A model generated the notes under the pieces. That model ran no database searches. It was not told where the DNA came from and saw only the letters and a list, made by a program, of their open reading frames with translations. Both the position numbers and the translations under genes were made by a program. A DNA stretch of 64,000 nt from Bdellovibrio sp. (GTDB lineage Bacteria; Bdellovibrionota; Bdellovibrionia; Bdellovibrionales; Bdellovibrionaceae). The stretch's first letter is position 1, and each line of letters starts with the position of its first letter. This document shows positions 48,772-59,301 of the stretch, in pieces. The stretch is from positions 704,001-768,000 of the forward strand of contig JAKFCY010000002.1 of assembly GCA_036676395.1 (NCBI GenBank). The letters are read 5' to 3'.

Positions 48772-49718
48772 GCGTCGTCAGAGTTTGTTTTCTTGGCACG
48801 CCAGACTTTGCAGCCAAACATTTACAAACTTTATTAAATGATGATCACTATCTGGTGGTCGGCGTGGTCACTCAGCCTGACCGGCCAAGTGGCCGAAAAA
48901 TGCAGTTAACGCCATCTCCGGTTAAAGAATTAGCTTTAAAAAATAATTTACCCGTACTTACTCCTGAAAATTTACGCAAAGAACCCGAAGTGTTTGAACA
49001 GATTAAATCTTGGCAAGCCGAAGTGGCTGTCGTGGTCGCCTTCGGACAAATTTTATCGCAAGATTTTTTAGACAGCTTTGCTTTTGGCGCCGTGAATGTA
49101 CATGGCAGCTTGCTGCCTTTGTGGCGGGGGGCTGCTCCGATTCAGCGATCAATTGAAGCCGGAGACTCTGTCACAGGTGTGTGTTTGCAGCGTATGGTTA
49201 AACAATTAGATGCAGGCCCTGTGATCGGTGAACGTCGGATAAAATTAGATTCAGAAATCAATGCGACTCAGCTTTATGATCGATTAGCTGTTCTTGGTTG
49301 TGAGTTATTACATGTAGAATTAATGGATTATGTTCGTGGTAATTTGGTGCCTGTTCCACAAGATGAATCGTTAGTGACAATGGCGCCGAAAATTGCCAAA
49401 GAAGAAGCCCAGCTTGACCTGGTTCATAAATCAGCTGAGTGTTTACATAATAAAATTCGTGCTTTTACAATGGGCCCTGGAACATTTGTAAACTTTCAGG
49501 GTAAACGTTTAAAAATCCATAAAACCAAAGTTGAATCGCAAGCTTCTTCTGTTATGGCTGGTGAAGTGGCCGTAGTTAATGATCACGAACTGTTGATTCA
49601 AACCGCTCAAGGACAATTGTCTTTACTTGAAGTTCAGCCTGAATCAAAAAACCGGATGCCGATAACAGATTTTTTAAAATCGCACACTTTAGTTAAAGGA
49701 CGGAAAATCAATGAGTAA
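48768..49718 (+). CDS. fmt: Methionyl-tRNA formyltransferase
   Basis: GTPDFA, TQPDRP and NVHGSLLP.WRGAAP motifs. Confidence 0.97.
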   Translation: MSVVRVCFLGTPDFAAKHLQTLLNDDHYLVVGVVTQPDRPSGRKMQLTPSPVKELALKNNLPVLTPENLRKEPEVFEQIKSWQAEVAVVVAFGQILSQDFLDSFAFGAVNVHGSLLPLWRGAAPIQRSIEAGDSVTGVCLQRMVKQLDAGPVIGERRIKLDSEINATQLYDRLAVLGCELLHVELMDYVRGNLVPVPQDESLVTMAPKIAKEEAQLDLVHKSAECLHNKIRAFTMGPGTFVNFQGKRLKIHKTKVESQASSVMAGEVAVVNDHELLIQTAQGQLSLLEVQPESKNRMPITDFLKSHTLVKGRKINE

Positions 49719-50370
49719 AAAGCTAATCGCGCCGAGTTTGTTGTCTTCTGATTTTGCGGATTTAAAAACCGAGATCGCTAAAGTCACTGAGGCGGGTGCG
49801 CACTTACTTCATGTTGATGTGATGGATGGGCACTTTGTCCCGAATTTAACGATCGGCATGCCTGTCGTTAAAGCCATTAAAGGCGCGACTAAACTTCCGT
49901 TAGATGTGCATTTAATGATTGAGAGCCCCGAAAAATATATCGAAGAATTTGCCAAAGCGGGTTCTGATTATTTAACCATTCATGTTGAATCAACAGCGAA
50001 AGTTAAAGACTGTTTACTGCAAATTCGTAAACTGAAAATGAAACCCGGTATTACATTACGCCCAAAAACTAAATTAGACGAAATTAAGCCCTTTTTAGCA
50101 CTGGTTGATTTAGTTTTGATTATGACCGTAGAGCCTGGTTTTGGCGGTCAAAGTTTTATGCATGACCAATTAGAAAAAGTGTCATGGTTAAAAAGTTACC
50201 GTGATAAAAACCATTTAAGTTATTTGATTGAAATTGATGGCGGCGTAAACGAACAAACGGCGCAACTTTGCTGGGAAGCAGGCGCTGATGTCTTAGTCGC
50301 TGGCAGCGCGGTTTTCACAGGTGAAAAGTCTGCAGATAACTACCGAACAAACATTCAAAAGCTTGTCTAG
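49711..50370 (+). CDS. rpe: Ribulose-phosphate 3-epimerase
   Basis: HVDVMDGHFVPN, MTVEPGFGGQ and DGGV motifs. Confidence 0.97.
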   Translation: MSKKLIAPSLLSSDFADLKTEIAKVTEAGAHLLHVDVMDGHFVPNLTIGMPVVKAIKGATKLPLDVHLMIESPEKYIEEFAKAGSDYLTIHVESTAKVKDCLLQIRKLKMKPGITLRPKTKLDEIKPFLALVDLVLIMTVEPGFGGQSFMHDQLEKVSWLKSYRDKNHLSYLIEIDGGVNEQTAQLCWEAGADVLVAGSAVFTGEKSADNYRTNIQKLV

Positions 50371-50392
50371 ATAAATTATTAAGAGTTCTTAA

Positions 50393-50411
50393 TTGGAGTG
50401 ATCTTTGCTTT
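50393..50411 (+). promoter_or_regulatory. sigma54-like promoter
   Basis: TTGGAGTGATCTTTGCTTT (GG-N10-GC with TTGC). Confidence 0.55.
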
Positions 50412-50422
50412 TACTATAAAGC

Positions 50423-52060
50423 ATGAGATTGTTTGCAGCGAAATCGACTACAGTCATTGTGACACTAATTATGATGGCTATTGTAAGCCTTGGTGTTAGC
50501 GTAAATGCGCGGCCCAGTCTGCAGTGCGTGCAGTTGTTCGATTATGAGACACCTGAAGCCCGGTTTGAATTTATTCCTGAAAATGTAAGACTGACGCGCA
50601 AATCAGAGTCTATCTTTGTTGATTATGTTTTTAATGTTAACGGTTATCCGCGCTTAAAAACAACAGAACTTGCCACGGATTATTCAGAAGTAATCGATGC
50701 TAATTTACAGAGTGGGCGCGAGTTTTTGAACTCAATTTTGTCGAATAAAAAATTTCATAAACCTAACGGAAGCTACATCTTTATTGATGTGAATAATCTG
50801 GGTTGGGTGAATAAAAACTTTCATGACAAAACTCAGGCTGGCGATTCATATCTTTATAAGACTATTGATGCGATTCAGGCAGTGATTGGTGATAAAGGAT
50901 TAGTTTTTCGTCTCGGTGGTGATGAATTTGGTATTGTCTTAGAAACCAAAGCGCCAGAAGAAGTGCAACACATTATGCAATCCTTGCAGCGTGAAATCCA
51001 TGCTAAAGCGCATTCTGTCTTTTTGGCAGAAACTAAAAGACGGGTTACTGACTTTCGGGCGATTTACCAAAAGCGCAAAGACGACCAGATGAGCGAAGCC
51101 GAATATCAAGTGGCTCTTCAGGAATTCAGAACTTATACATCTTATTCGCAAGAAGGCGTTTCAATGGGAGCCGCTTATATTGACGGAAGCACGCCTGTCG
51201 AGATTCAAAATCGTGCAGAAAAAATGGCCGTTGAAATGAAAATTAAAATCAAGCAGGCTTTTAATCTCGATACGGCTAAATACACCGGTGGCTTAAATTT
51301 GTCAGATTCTACTAAAAAAATTAAAACAGGATTCAGACCGGAAATTCCGGCGATTATGCCGCGTTCAGAGTTTGATCAAGCTTACCCGCAAGCCTTTAAA
51401 TCTGATACTTTGCGAGTTAAAGATCGCCCCGTGTGGTTTTCGACAACACCCCTGGTGCAATCGCAGAGAGCACAGGAAGTCTTTCGCCTGGGGCAACTGG
51501 GAATCGGTAAATATAAAAACGAACTTAAGTCTGAAGAGTATCGGTTAGAGTATTACAATGTTAGCGGAAAAAAAATTGAGCAGACCAGGCCCATCGAAGT
51601 AAATACAAATACGGGTTTTATGGATGCCAGATCACAAGGTGCTAAAATTGTAATTAATCATTTTCTGAAACGCACGGAGCGCCTTGATGCTAATAATGGA
51701 ACAATTTGGGTCAGTTTATTAAATTTAGGAAAATTAAATTACTTTCATCGTAAAACCGAAACCGGTGATTTGGCTTTAGGCCTTGCTGCGAGAGCTATTG
51801 AAAAAGAACTTGTCGGCAATCATGTTGCATTTAAATATAATGGTTCAGATTTTTTCATTTTAGCTATGGGAATGTCTAAACAAGAAATCGCAGATTATAA
51901 AAAAGTTTTAGAATCAAAACTAAATTCAAATACCTTTGTAGACAAGATTTTCTTACAAGAAATTGAATACATCGAACGTACTGAAAGCGATTTCGAATTA
52001 CGTAAAACCAAAATCGAAGAGATTAAAAAACTAATGGCGCAGAAATTTAAAGTTTTCTAA
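50423..52060 (+). CDS. Tandem GGDEF-domain protein (one intact, one degenerate) with signal peptide
   Basis: FIDVNNL...GD...RLGGDEF; second domain TGD...KYNGSDFF; hydrophobic N-terminus ending VNA. Confidence 0.75.
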   Translation: MRLFAAKSTTVIVTLIMMAIVSLGVSVNARPSLQCVQLFDYETPEARFEFIPENVRLTRKSESIFVDYVFNVNGYPRLKTTELATDYSEVIDANLQSGREFLNSILSNKKFHKPNGSYIFIDVNNLGWVNKNFHDKTQAGDSYLYKTIDAIQAVIGDKGLVFRLGGDEFGIVLETKAPEEVQHIMQSLQREIHAKAHSVFLAETKRRVTDFRAIYQKRKDDQMSEAEYQVALQEFRTYTSYSQEGVSMGAAYIDGSTPVEIQNRAEKMAVEMKIKIKQAFNLDTAKYTGGLNLSDSTKKIKTGFRPEIPAIMPRSEFDQAYPQAFKSDTLRVKDRPVWFSTTPLVQSQRAQEVFRLGQLGIGKYKNELKSEEYRLEYYNVSGKKIEQTRPIEVNTNTGFMDARSQGAKIVINHFLKRTERLDANNGTIWVSLLNLGKLNYFHRKTETGDLALGLAARAIEKELVGNHVAFKYNGSDFFILAMGMSKQEIADYKKVLESKLNSNTFVDKIFLQEIEYIERTESDFELRKTKIEEIKKLMAQKFKVF

Positions 52061-52061
52061 A

Positions 52062-53390
52062 TTATTCTACGACGCGAAATAAAGTTTCCATTTCAACCGA
52101 AGTCATCTGATATTCATTTTCAAAAACTCTACTGATCACGTCAGGTGGATTTTTGCTTGTTTGGCGTAAGCAAATCAAAGATTGATTAATCAATTCTATG
52201 CGCGGTGTTGAATCGCTGAGCGGCGAACAAAAAACACCTTCAAAAGAGCTGCGCAAATGTGAATAAAGTTCTGTAGAATACTTTTTTGAAACAATATCTA
52301 ACCACTGTGCATAAGAAAAGCTTTCGCCAGTGCGCTCCGGACGCAGTCCAATCGCTGAGTTCGAATAGTCATGTGAAGATTCACGCGCTGTTTGGTGATA
52401 AGTATTTTGGTAACGCGGGATGCGGTCATCACCGGCAATCATACTTAAGCCAGCATTCACTTCTTGAGTGATTACCGTTGCGTAATAAGGATAACTGCGG
52501 CTTTCGTTGACCGTTTTCGTGGTGCCGTCAGAAAGTTTTGTAACAACGGGCTCAGAGTAATGGTGGGTACGGTATTCTTTAAAACGATTTTCGTTAAACT
52601 GGTAATTACCAGTTGTTGTGAACTCTAAAGATTTTTTTGAGTTTTTGTCAAACCAGCCAGTTTTAACAAATTGTTCATTCGTGTTTTTATCTAAAGTTTG
52701 AATTAAAGCTACCGGCAGGGGAGTTTGAAACTGCTCTTTGGTAAGGATTGTAATGTCTTCGTAAAGCGGAGAATTAGCTTTAGCAATCGAAGCTTTTTGA
52801 GACGCGTAACTGCACCATTTGGCAATCAGCTGATTGTAAAAATAAGTTTTACTGGAAGTCGTGCTGCTTTTTTCTAAACAGAATTTTTTTGCATGAGTTT
52901 TGGCGTCGTTAAAAGCCAGGTCAAAAGTTTTACGGCGAGATTCTGGAAACAAAATTTTATATCTTTCAATTAAATATAAAACGCGTAAATGGCGCTGGCG
53001 TTGGTTAAGACTATAAACTTCAGAACGCAAAGTTTTATAGGCCTCATCGGCTTCTTCATTTTGTGTAAAGGCCACAGCTCCTGTCGGAAATAAGCCCCAT
53101 GCATTTTCGCGCTCTATGGTTTTACGTAAAAGTTCTAAGCTTTCTTGGTTGTTGTTTGCCAGGCGGGCCATGCGCACGCGGATTAAAGTCTGATCAATAA
53201 CCCCTTCACGAGCTTTTTTTAAGCCTACTTGGTAATCACTGTCTTTAGGATCTTTGATGACAAGTTCATCCATAATGACCAGAGCTTCATCAAAATTACG
53301 TTCGGCCATCAAATTTTGGGCTTTTTTAAACTGGGTCGTGCATGAAGTGGCTACAAATAGAACAAAGGTCAAAGCTGTTAGATTTTTCAT
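52062..53390 (-). CDS. Hypothetical lipoprotein with TPR-like N-terminus
   Basis: Lipobox VATSC; helical TPR-like segment (NFDEAL...DP). Confidence 0.6.
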   Translation of the reverse strand: MKNLTALTFVLFVATSCTTQFKKAQNLMAERNFDEALVIMDELVIKDPKDSDYQVGLKKAREGVIDQTLIRVRMARLANNNQESLELLRKTIERENAWGLFPTGAVAFTQNEEADEAYKTLRSEVYSLNQRQRHLRVLYLIERYKILFPESRRKTFDLAFNDAKTHAKKFCLEKSSTTSSKTYFYNQLIAKWCSYASQKASIAKANSPLYEDITILTKEQFQTPLPVALIQTLDKNTNEQFVKTGWFDKNSKKSLEFTTTGNYQFNENRFKEYRTHHYSEPVVTKLSDGTTKTVNESRSYPYYATVITQEVNAGLSMIAGDDRIPRYQNTYHQTARESSHDYSNSAIGLRPERTGESFSYAQWLDIVSKKYSTELYSHLRSSFEGVFCSPLSDSTPRIELINQSLICLRQTSKNPPDVISRVFENEYQMTSVEMETLFRVVE

Positions 53391-53518
53391 CGAAATTCCT
53401 TATGCTAATAGGGTAATCGTTATGAGCTGAAAAGCGCAATTCTAATGCTTGGCATCCTGCGCCGAAGTGTGTGATTCGAGTCTCGACTCTACAGAGTCGT
53501 TTGGGTAATATTCTGCCT

Positions 53519-55027
53519 ATGAAAAAATTTGTAATTGATGGAAAATCGATCACCCTAAATTCGTTGTATTCTATGGTTTATGAAGCCGGCACTTTTGAGC
53601 TATCAGCAGACGCCAAAGCTGAAATTAAAAAATCTCGCGACTACATCGAAGGCCGTATTCAAAAAGGTGAAGTGATGTACGGAGTGAACACAGGCTTTGG
53701 GGCTTTTTCTTCAATTCGAATTTCAGATTCGCAAATTGAACAACTTCAAGTAAATCTGATTCGCTCACACTCTGTCGGCATCGGCGAACCGTTTACTAAA
53801 GAACAATCTAAAGCAATGATGATCTTGCGCGCGAATACCTTAGCCCGTGGTTTCAGTGGTATCCGTCTTGAAACTGTAGAAAAGATTTTAGAATTTTTAA
53901 ATAATGATTTAGTTCCTGTAATTCCATCACAAGGTTCAGTTGGAGCTAGCGGAGACTTGGCGCCGCTTTCGCATTTAGCTTTAGCTTTAATTGGTGAAGG
54001 CGAAATCTGGGGTGGAAGTTACAAAAACATTACTCCGTTGGTTTTAAAAGCTAAAGAAGGCTTGTCGTTAATCAACGGCTGCCAGGTGATGACCGCGGTT
54101 GGGATGTTAGCCCTATATGACGCGAAACAATTATTAAAAATTGCTGATATTTCTGGGGCCACTTCTTTAGAAGGCCTTCGCGGTTCGCGTAGGCCTTTTG
54201 ATCCCCTAATAGCAGCGACTCGCCCACATTACGGCGAAGCGCCGACAGCGAAAAATTTATTACGCGTGATGGGTGAAAAATCTGAAATTTCTGAATCGCA
54301 TGCTGAAAATGATCCACGCGTGCAGGATGCTTATTCGCTTCGTTGCATGCCAGCTGTTCATGGTGCAGCTAAAATGGCACTTGAATACTGTGAACGCGTA
54401 TTAACGACCGAAGCCAATTCTGCAACCGATAATCCATTAGTATTTGCCGCTGCCGGTAAAATTTTATCGTGCGGTAATTTTCACGGCATGCCCGTTGCGC
54501 ATGCGATGGATTTCGCAGCGATTGCGGTTTCGTCATTAGCCAGTATTTCACATGAACGCATTTCTAAATTTATCTCGACACAAATGTCAGAGCTTCCACC
54601 GTTCTTGGCTCCGAATGGTGGTTTGAATTCAGGCCATATGATTGTGCAAGTGGCATCAGCTAGCTTAGTCAGTGAAAATAAAGTATTGGCTCATCCAGCC
54701 AGTGTTGATTCAATGCCGACTTCAGCAGAAAAAGAAGACCATGTGTCTATGGGTACAATTGCGGCTCGTAAATTTGCTAAAGTCGTTGAAAATGCGCAAA
54801 ATGTTTTTGCCATGGAATTCTTATCAGCGACGCAAGCCTTAGATATGCTTGCTCCGCTTAAGCCTGCTGAAGGCGTAAAAGTGGCTTTCGATACAATTCG
54901 TTCTGAAGTGCCTTTTGCCAGAGAAGATCGTATTTTTGCAAAAGATGTGGCTAAAATCAAAGCGATGATTATTTCTGGAAAAATCGTCAAAGCGGTAGAA
55001 GCTGAAATCGGAGAGCTGTCATGCTAA
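53519..55027 (+). CDS. hutH: Histidine ammonia-lyase
   Basis: YGVNTGFG, GASGDL (MIO), VQDAYSLRC and EDHVSMG motifs; start at ATG 53519. Confidence 0.97.
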   Translation: MKKFVIDGKSITLNSLYSMVYEAGTFELSADAKAEIKKSRDYIEGRIQKGEVMYGVNTGFGAFSSIRISDSQIEQLQVNLIRSHSVGIGEPFTKEQSKAMMILRANTLARGFSGIRLETVEKILEFLNNDLVPVIPSQGSVGASGDLAPLSHLALALIGEGEIWGGSYKNITPLVLKAKEGLSLINGCQVMTAVGMLALYDAKQLLKIADISGATSLEGLRGSRRPFDPLIAATRPHYGEAPTAKNLLRVMGEKSEISESHAENDPRVQDAYSLRCMPAVHGAAKMALEYCERVLTTEANSATDNPLVFAAAGKILSCGNFHGMPVAHAMDFAAIAVSSLASISHERISKFISTQMSELPPFLAPNGGLNSGHMIVQVASASLVSENKVLAHPASVDSMPTSAEKEDHVSMGTIAARKFAKVVENAQNVFAMEFLSATQALDMLAPLKPAEGVKVAFDTIRSEVPFAREDRIFAKDVAKIKAMIISGKIVKAVEAEIGELSC

Positions 55028-56151
55028 AATGGATTTTTGGTTTATCGATATTAGGACAAACTGTTGTTGCTAGCCCGATGAATGAGATTCTTACAGCTCA
55101 GTATTTAAAAAAGAAAAAATCATTTATCTATTCGCCATTAAGCCTAGATGTCGCGTTATCAATGACGGCTGAAGGTTCAGCCGGTGAAACGCGTAAACAA
55201 TTTAAAAAGATTTTAAAATTACCGAATGCTGAAATTTATAAAAAACTTAATGTAAAAGCGGCTGAATATGATTTCGTATCAGCGCAAAAAGTTTGGGTTA
55301 AGGCTGATTATCCTTTACTTGCACCATTTGAAAAGAATTTAAAAGAAGATTACCAATCAACTATTGAAAGAGCTGACTTTGCAACAGATCCAGCGGCGAC
55401 GGCAAAGGTGATCAATAAGTGGGTTGAAGAAAAAACAAAAGATAAAATCAAAGACTTGGTTCCGGTCAGTGCTTTAACGTCGTTGACTCGATTGGTGTTA
55501 GTTAACGCAGTTTACTTCAAAGCAAAGTGGCTTTCTGAATTCGATGCGAATTCAACTCAAGAACAAGAATTTAAAACTACGACGAAGGCTAAAGTCAAAG
55601 TTGATATGATGTTCAAAAAATTTCAAAGTTTAGAATATTTTGAAGGCAAAGGCTTTTCTGCAATTAAACTTTCGTACCAGGGCGATGACATCAGTTTTGT
55701 AGTGTTTTTACCAAAAACAGTTGGTGGTGAATTTGATAAGAATTTCTTAAAGAATATTTTAGCTGTTAAAGATGCAGATTATCAACAGACGGCAGTGAAT
55801 GTTTATTTACCAAAATTTAAATCAGAATTTTCTGCTGAAGTTGAAAAAGATTTACAAGCAGCTGGGTTAACTCTTCCGTTTGAAAAAGCTAAAGCAGATT
55901 TTTCATTAATGTCTCCTTTGGTAAAACAAAATCCGGAAGAAAACCTTTATATCAGCAAAATTTTTCATAAAGCTTTTATTGAAGTTGGTGAAAAAGGAAC
56001 TGAAGCAGCCGCCGCCAGTGCCGTAGTGATGGCCGCGATGGGTGCGGCTATGCCAATCGATAAACCAAAAGAATTTAAAGCTGACCATCCATTTTTATAT
56101 TTTATTAAACAAAAAGATCAAATTTTATTTGTTGGTTATTTTACCAAGTAG
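55021..56151 (+). CDS. Serpin (serine protease inhibitor), probably secreted
   Basis: [34 protein letters not shown] hinge and FKADHPF motifs. Confidence 0.93.
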   Translation: MLKWIFGLSILGQTVVASPMNEILTAQYLKKKKSFIYSPLSLDVALSMTAEGSAGETRKQFKKILKLPNAEIYKKLNVKAAEYDFVSAQKVWVKADYPLLAPFEKNLKEDYQSTIERADFATDPAATAKVINKWVEEKTKDKIKDLVPVSALTSLTRLVLVNAVYFKAKWLSEFDANSTQEQEFKTTTKAKVKVDMMFKKFQSLEYFEGKGFSAIKLSYQGDDISFVVFLPKTVGGEFDKNFLKNILAVKDADYQQTAVNVYLPKFKSEFSAEVEKDLQAAGLTLPFEKAKADFSLMSPLVKQNPEENLYISKIFHKAFIEVGEKGTEAAAASAVVMAAMGAAMPIDKPKEFKADHPFLYFIKQKDQILFVGYFTK

Positions 56152-56164
56152 TCAGAGGAATCTT

Positions 56165-57811
56165 ATGCATAAAAATATTCACGCTCCCACAGGAACAAAA
56201 CTAAACTGTAAAGGTTGGTTGCAAGAGGCCGCTTATCGTATGATTCAAAATAACTTGGATCCAGCAGTGGCAGAAAATCCAGATCAGCTAGTGGTTTACG
56301 GTGGTATCGGAAAAGCTGCTCGTAACTGGGAATGTTATGATAAAATTTTAGAATCTTTAAAAGTCTTAGAAAATGATGAAACACTTTTAATTCAATCAGG
56401 AAAACCGATCGGTGTTTTAAAAACGCACGAAGATGCGCCGCGTGTATTATTAGCCAATTCAAACTTAGTTCCGAAATGGGCGACATGGGAGCACTTTCAT
56501 GAATTAGACCGTAAAGGTTTAATGATGTACGGCCAAATGACGGCAGGGTCATGGATTTACATCGGTACTCAGGGAATCATTCAAGGCACTTACGAAACAT
56601 TTGTTGAGGCTGGTCGCCAACATTTCGGTGGTGATTTAGCCGGTAGAATTATTTTAACTGCAGGCTTAGGCGGCATGGGCGGGGCGCAACCTTTAGCCGG
56701 TGTATTTGCCGGTGCTACTGTAATTTGCGTTGAAGTTGACCCGGTCAGTATCGAAAAACGTTTAAAATCAAAATATGTTGATGAAGTGGTCACTGATATA
56801 GATGAAGCTATTGCGCTGGCAAAAAAATACGCGGCGAACAAAGAAGCTAAATCAATCGCTCTTCAGGGAAATGCGGCCACTGTTTTAAAAGAAATGTTAA
56901 AGAAAAACTTCTTACCTGATCTTTTAACAGATCAAACTTCTGCGCATGATCCATTAAACGGGTACATTCCTGAAGGCTACACAGTGCAAACGGCAGCAGA
57001 TTTCAGAATCCGCGATCAAAGCGCATATTTAGAAGCGGCTTATAAATCAATGGCAAGTCATGTTGAATCTATGCTTGAGATGAAAAAACGCGGCGCTATT
57101 GTATTTGATTACGGCAATAATATTCGTGCACGTGCATTTGATGCCGGAGTAAAAAATGCTTTTGATTTTCCAGGATTTGTTCCGGCTTACATCAGACCAT
57201 TATTTTGTAAAGGCAGTGGACCGTTTAGATGGGTAGCCTTATCAGGTGATCCAAATGATATTAAAGTGACCGACGATGCGATGAGAGAATTATTTCCGCA
57301 TAAAAAAGATCTATTAAAATGGTTAGACATGGCTGAAAAGCGTATTCAATTTCAAGGATTACCTGCGCGCATTTGCTGGCTTGAATACGGTGAACGTGAA
57401 AAAGCAGGTTTATTATTAAATGAATTAGTTCGTACTGGAAAAGTAAAAGCGCCAATCGTTATTGGTCGTGATCATTTAGATTGCGGTTCTGTTGCCAGTC
57501 CAAATCGTGAAACTGAAGCCATGAAAGATGGATCAGATGCGGTGAGCGACTGGCCGATGTTATCTGCGATGGCCTTAGTGGCCAGTGGCTCGACATGGGT
57601 AGCATTACATCATGGTGGTGGTGTAGGTATGGGGTATTCGCAGCATTCAGGACAAGTGATTGTAGCCGATGGAACAGACGCTGCAGCTAGAAGATTAAAG
57701 CGCGTATTAACAACAGATCCTGCTATGGGAATTTTTCGTCATTTAGATGCGGGTTATGAATTAGCGAAAAGCGTAGCTGTTGAGCGTGATGTCAACAGCT
57801 GCTGGTTATAG
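56165..57811 (+). CDS. hutU: Urocanate hydratase
   Basis: [22 protein letters not shown] and [13 protein letters not shown] motifs; start at ATG 56165 with GAGG RBS. Confidence 0.97.
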   Translation: MHKNIHAPTGTKLNCKGWLQEAAYRMIQNNLDPAVAENPDQLVVYGGIGKAARNWECYDKILESLKVLENDETLLIQSGKPIGVLKTHEDAPRVLLANSNLVPKWATWEHFHELDRKGLMMYGQMTAGSWIYIGTQGIIQGTYETFVEAGRQHFGGDLAGRIILTAGLGGMGGAQPLAGVFAGATVICVEVDPVSIEKRLKSKYVDEVVTDIDEAIALAKKYAANKEAKSIALQGNAATVLKEMLKKNFLPDLLTDQTSAHDPLNGYIPEGYTVQTAADFRIRDQSAYLEAAYKSMASHVESMLEMKKRGAIVFDYGNNIRARAFDAGVKNAFDFPGFVPAYIRPLFCKGSGPFRWVALSGDPNDIKVTDDAMRELFPHKKDLLKWLDMAEKRIQFQGLPARICWLEYGEREKAGLLLNELVRTGKVKAPIVIGRDHLDCGSVASPNRETEAMKDGSDAVSDWPMLSAMALVASGSTWVALHHGGGVGMGYSQHSGQVIVADGTDAAARRLKRVLTTDPAMGIFRHLDAGYELAKSVAVERDVNSCWL

Positions 57812-57814
57812 TTA

Positions 57815-58849
57815 CTATTGCATATTCAAGCAAAGATTTTTGTCTGTCTCAACTTGAAATATTGAAGTGGCAATATCTTTACGAGTAAATCTGACGCAAT
57901 TAAATCCACGCATCAGCGGAATTTTTTGTGATGAAGCACCATGAAGTACATCGTGCCGGTTTAATACACAGTTAGCCGGATCGGCACAGTCGAGTTCATA
58001 TTTGTATAAACGAACTGGTTTAATACGTACACTGGCGCCATTGGCACCAACAGGTGGCAGGTTGTACATATACTGCGTAAAATTAGTCGGCTCAACGAGA
58101 GTGTTGAGTGGAGTAGTGATCGTGTAATTCCAGATGGCTGTATTTGATTTATCTTTAGGAATAGCTCCAGCCGAAATTTTTTGAATATCAACTATGGCTC
58201 CACTCTGTACAATTTTACCGATAAACACCGCTGGGCGCAGAGGTACTGTTGGCATGTAAGACGAACTATCGACTAAAACTAATTTGCCAAGATTGATCGG
58301 ATTCATCAGAAGCGGGTTATTTAAGTCTTTTCCCGCGCTATCTTTAGCCATTAAATAGTTATTGTAGTTAAGACCGCGGTAGGTCAATGAGGCTGGCTGA
58401 TAGATATTTGCAGGAGGTGGACCAACTTGGAAAAACGTAACTGCATCGGCAAATAATCCTTTTCCGCGCAAGTCATCAAAAGCCAAAAAGTACATAAAAG
58501 TGTTGCCACCTTTTTTAAGAGTAACTGTGCGTGATGGCGTGGTTTGACCGCGATAAAATGCTGTAGAGCGATCAGGTTCAAAATCATAAAAATTTAAATT
58601 GTTATCATCCCTAACCTTAAGGTTATTCATTGATGGCCCTGCCGCGCGCAGATCACGTAAAATTAATTTGTCTGCAAGGTTAGCCTCGATTTGGTCATCC
58701 ATTTTCTGGCTAAACATTTTTTGCATGCTATTATTGTCATTTAAAACTTGAAAAACACCTAGGCCGACAATCGAACTTAATCCAATGGCAATTAAAAGTT
58801 CGGTAATCGTTACGCCTTTATTATTGTGAATGTGCATTAGTTTTTTCAT
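57815..58849 (-). CDS. Type IV prepilin-like protein (PilW-like)
   Basis: KG-VTITELLIAIGL class III signal with E5. Confidence 0.8.
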   Translation of the reverse strand: MKKLMHIHNNKGVTITELLIAIGLSSIVGLGVFQVLNDNNSMQKMFSQKMDDQIEANLADKLILRDLRAAGPSMNNLKVRDDNNLNFYDFEPDRSTAFYRGQTTPSRTVTLKKGGNTFMYFLAFDDLRGKGLFADAVTFFQVGPPPANIYQPASLTYRGLNYNNYLMAKDSAGKDLNNPLLMNPINLGKLVLVDSSSYMPTVPLRPAVFIGKIVQSGAIVDIQKISAGAIPKDKSNTAIWNYTITTPLNTLVEPTNFTQYMYNLPPVGANGASVRIKPVRLYKYELDCADPANCVLNRHDVLHGASSQKIPLMRGFNCVRFTRKDIATSIFQVETDKNLCLNMQ

Positions 58850-58851
58850 GG

Positions 58852-59301
58852 TTATTTACTCACTAAAAATTCAAATTTTTTGATTTCTGAGCCCCAGTCG
58901 GTGTGGGTAAACCAAATTGTTACTAAGTACAGATCGCTGGTGGCCTCAGTGGCCGGAGTGATCACATAACCATATCGTCCGGGACAGTTTTTACACTCTG
59001 ACAGAGGTTTGTCGTCTATATTAGACCAACCCATTTTTAAACTACTAACATTTAAAAGAGTGCTCGGGTCAGTGTATTGTAAAATCTGTGTCGTCGGTTG
59101 TTGTCTGATATTTTCAATAATTTCAGAAACGCGATCGTCTGCAGTAGATTTGGTTTCGTTGCTAATGGCAGTTTTATTTAATTGGTCAAAAGCGGTTAAA
59201 CCGCCGACCACCACAAGCGAAAGCAGAGCTACGCCCACCATCACTTCTGTGATGGTGAATCCTTTTTTAGAAACAACTGATCTTAAAAAATTAAAGCCCA
59301 T
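58852..59301 (-). CDS. Type IV prepilin-like protein (PilV-like)
   Basis: KG-FTITEVMVGVALL class III signal with E5. Confidence 0.85.
   Translation of the reverse strand: MGFNFLRSVVSKKGFTITEVMVGVALLSLVVVGGLTAFDQLNKTAISNETKSTADDRVSEIIENIRQQPTTQILQYTDPSTLLNVSSLKMGWSNIDDKPLSECKNCPGRYGYVITPATEATSDLYLVTIWFTHTDWGSEIKKFEFLVSK

Noticed and set aside
56042..56164. Long hutU N-terminus overlapping the serpin
   Set aside because: HutU similarity and a GAGG RBS point to ATG 56165
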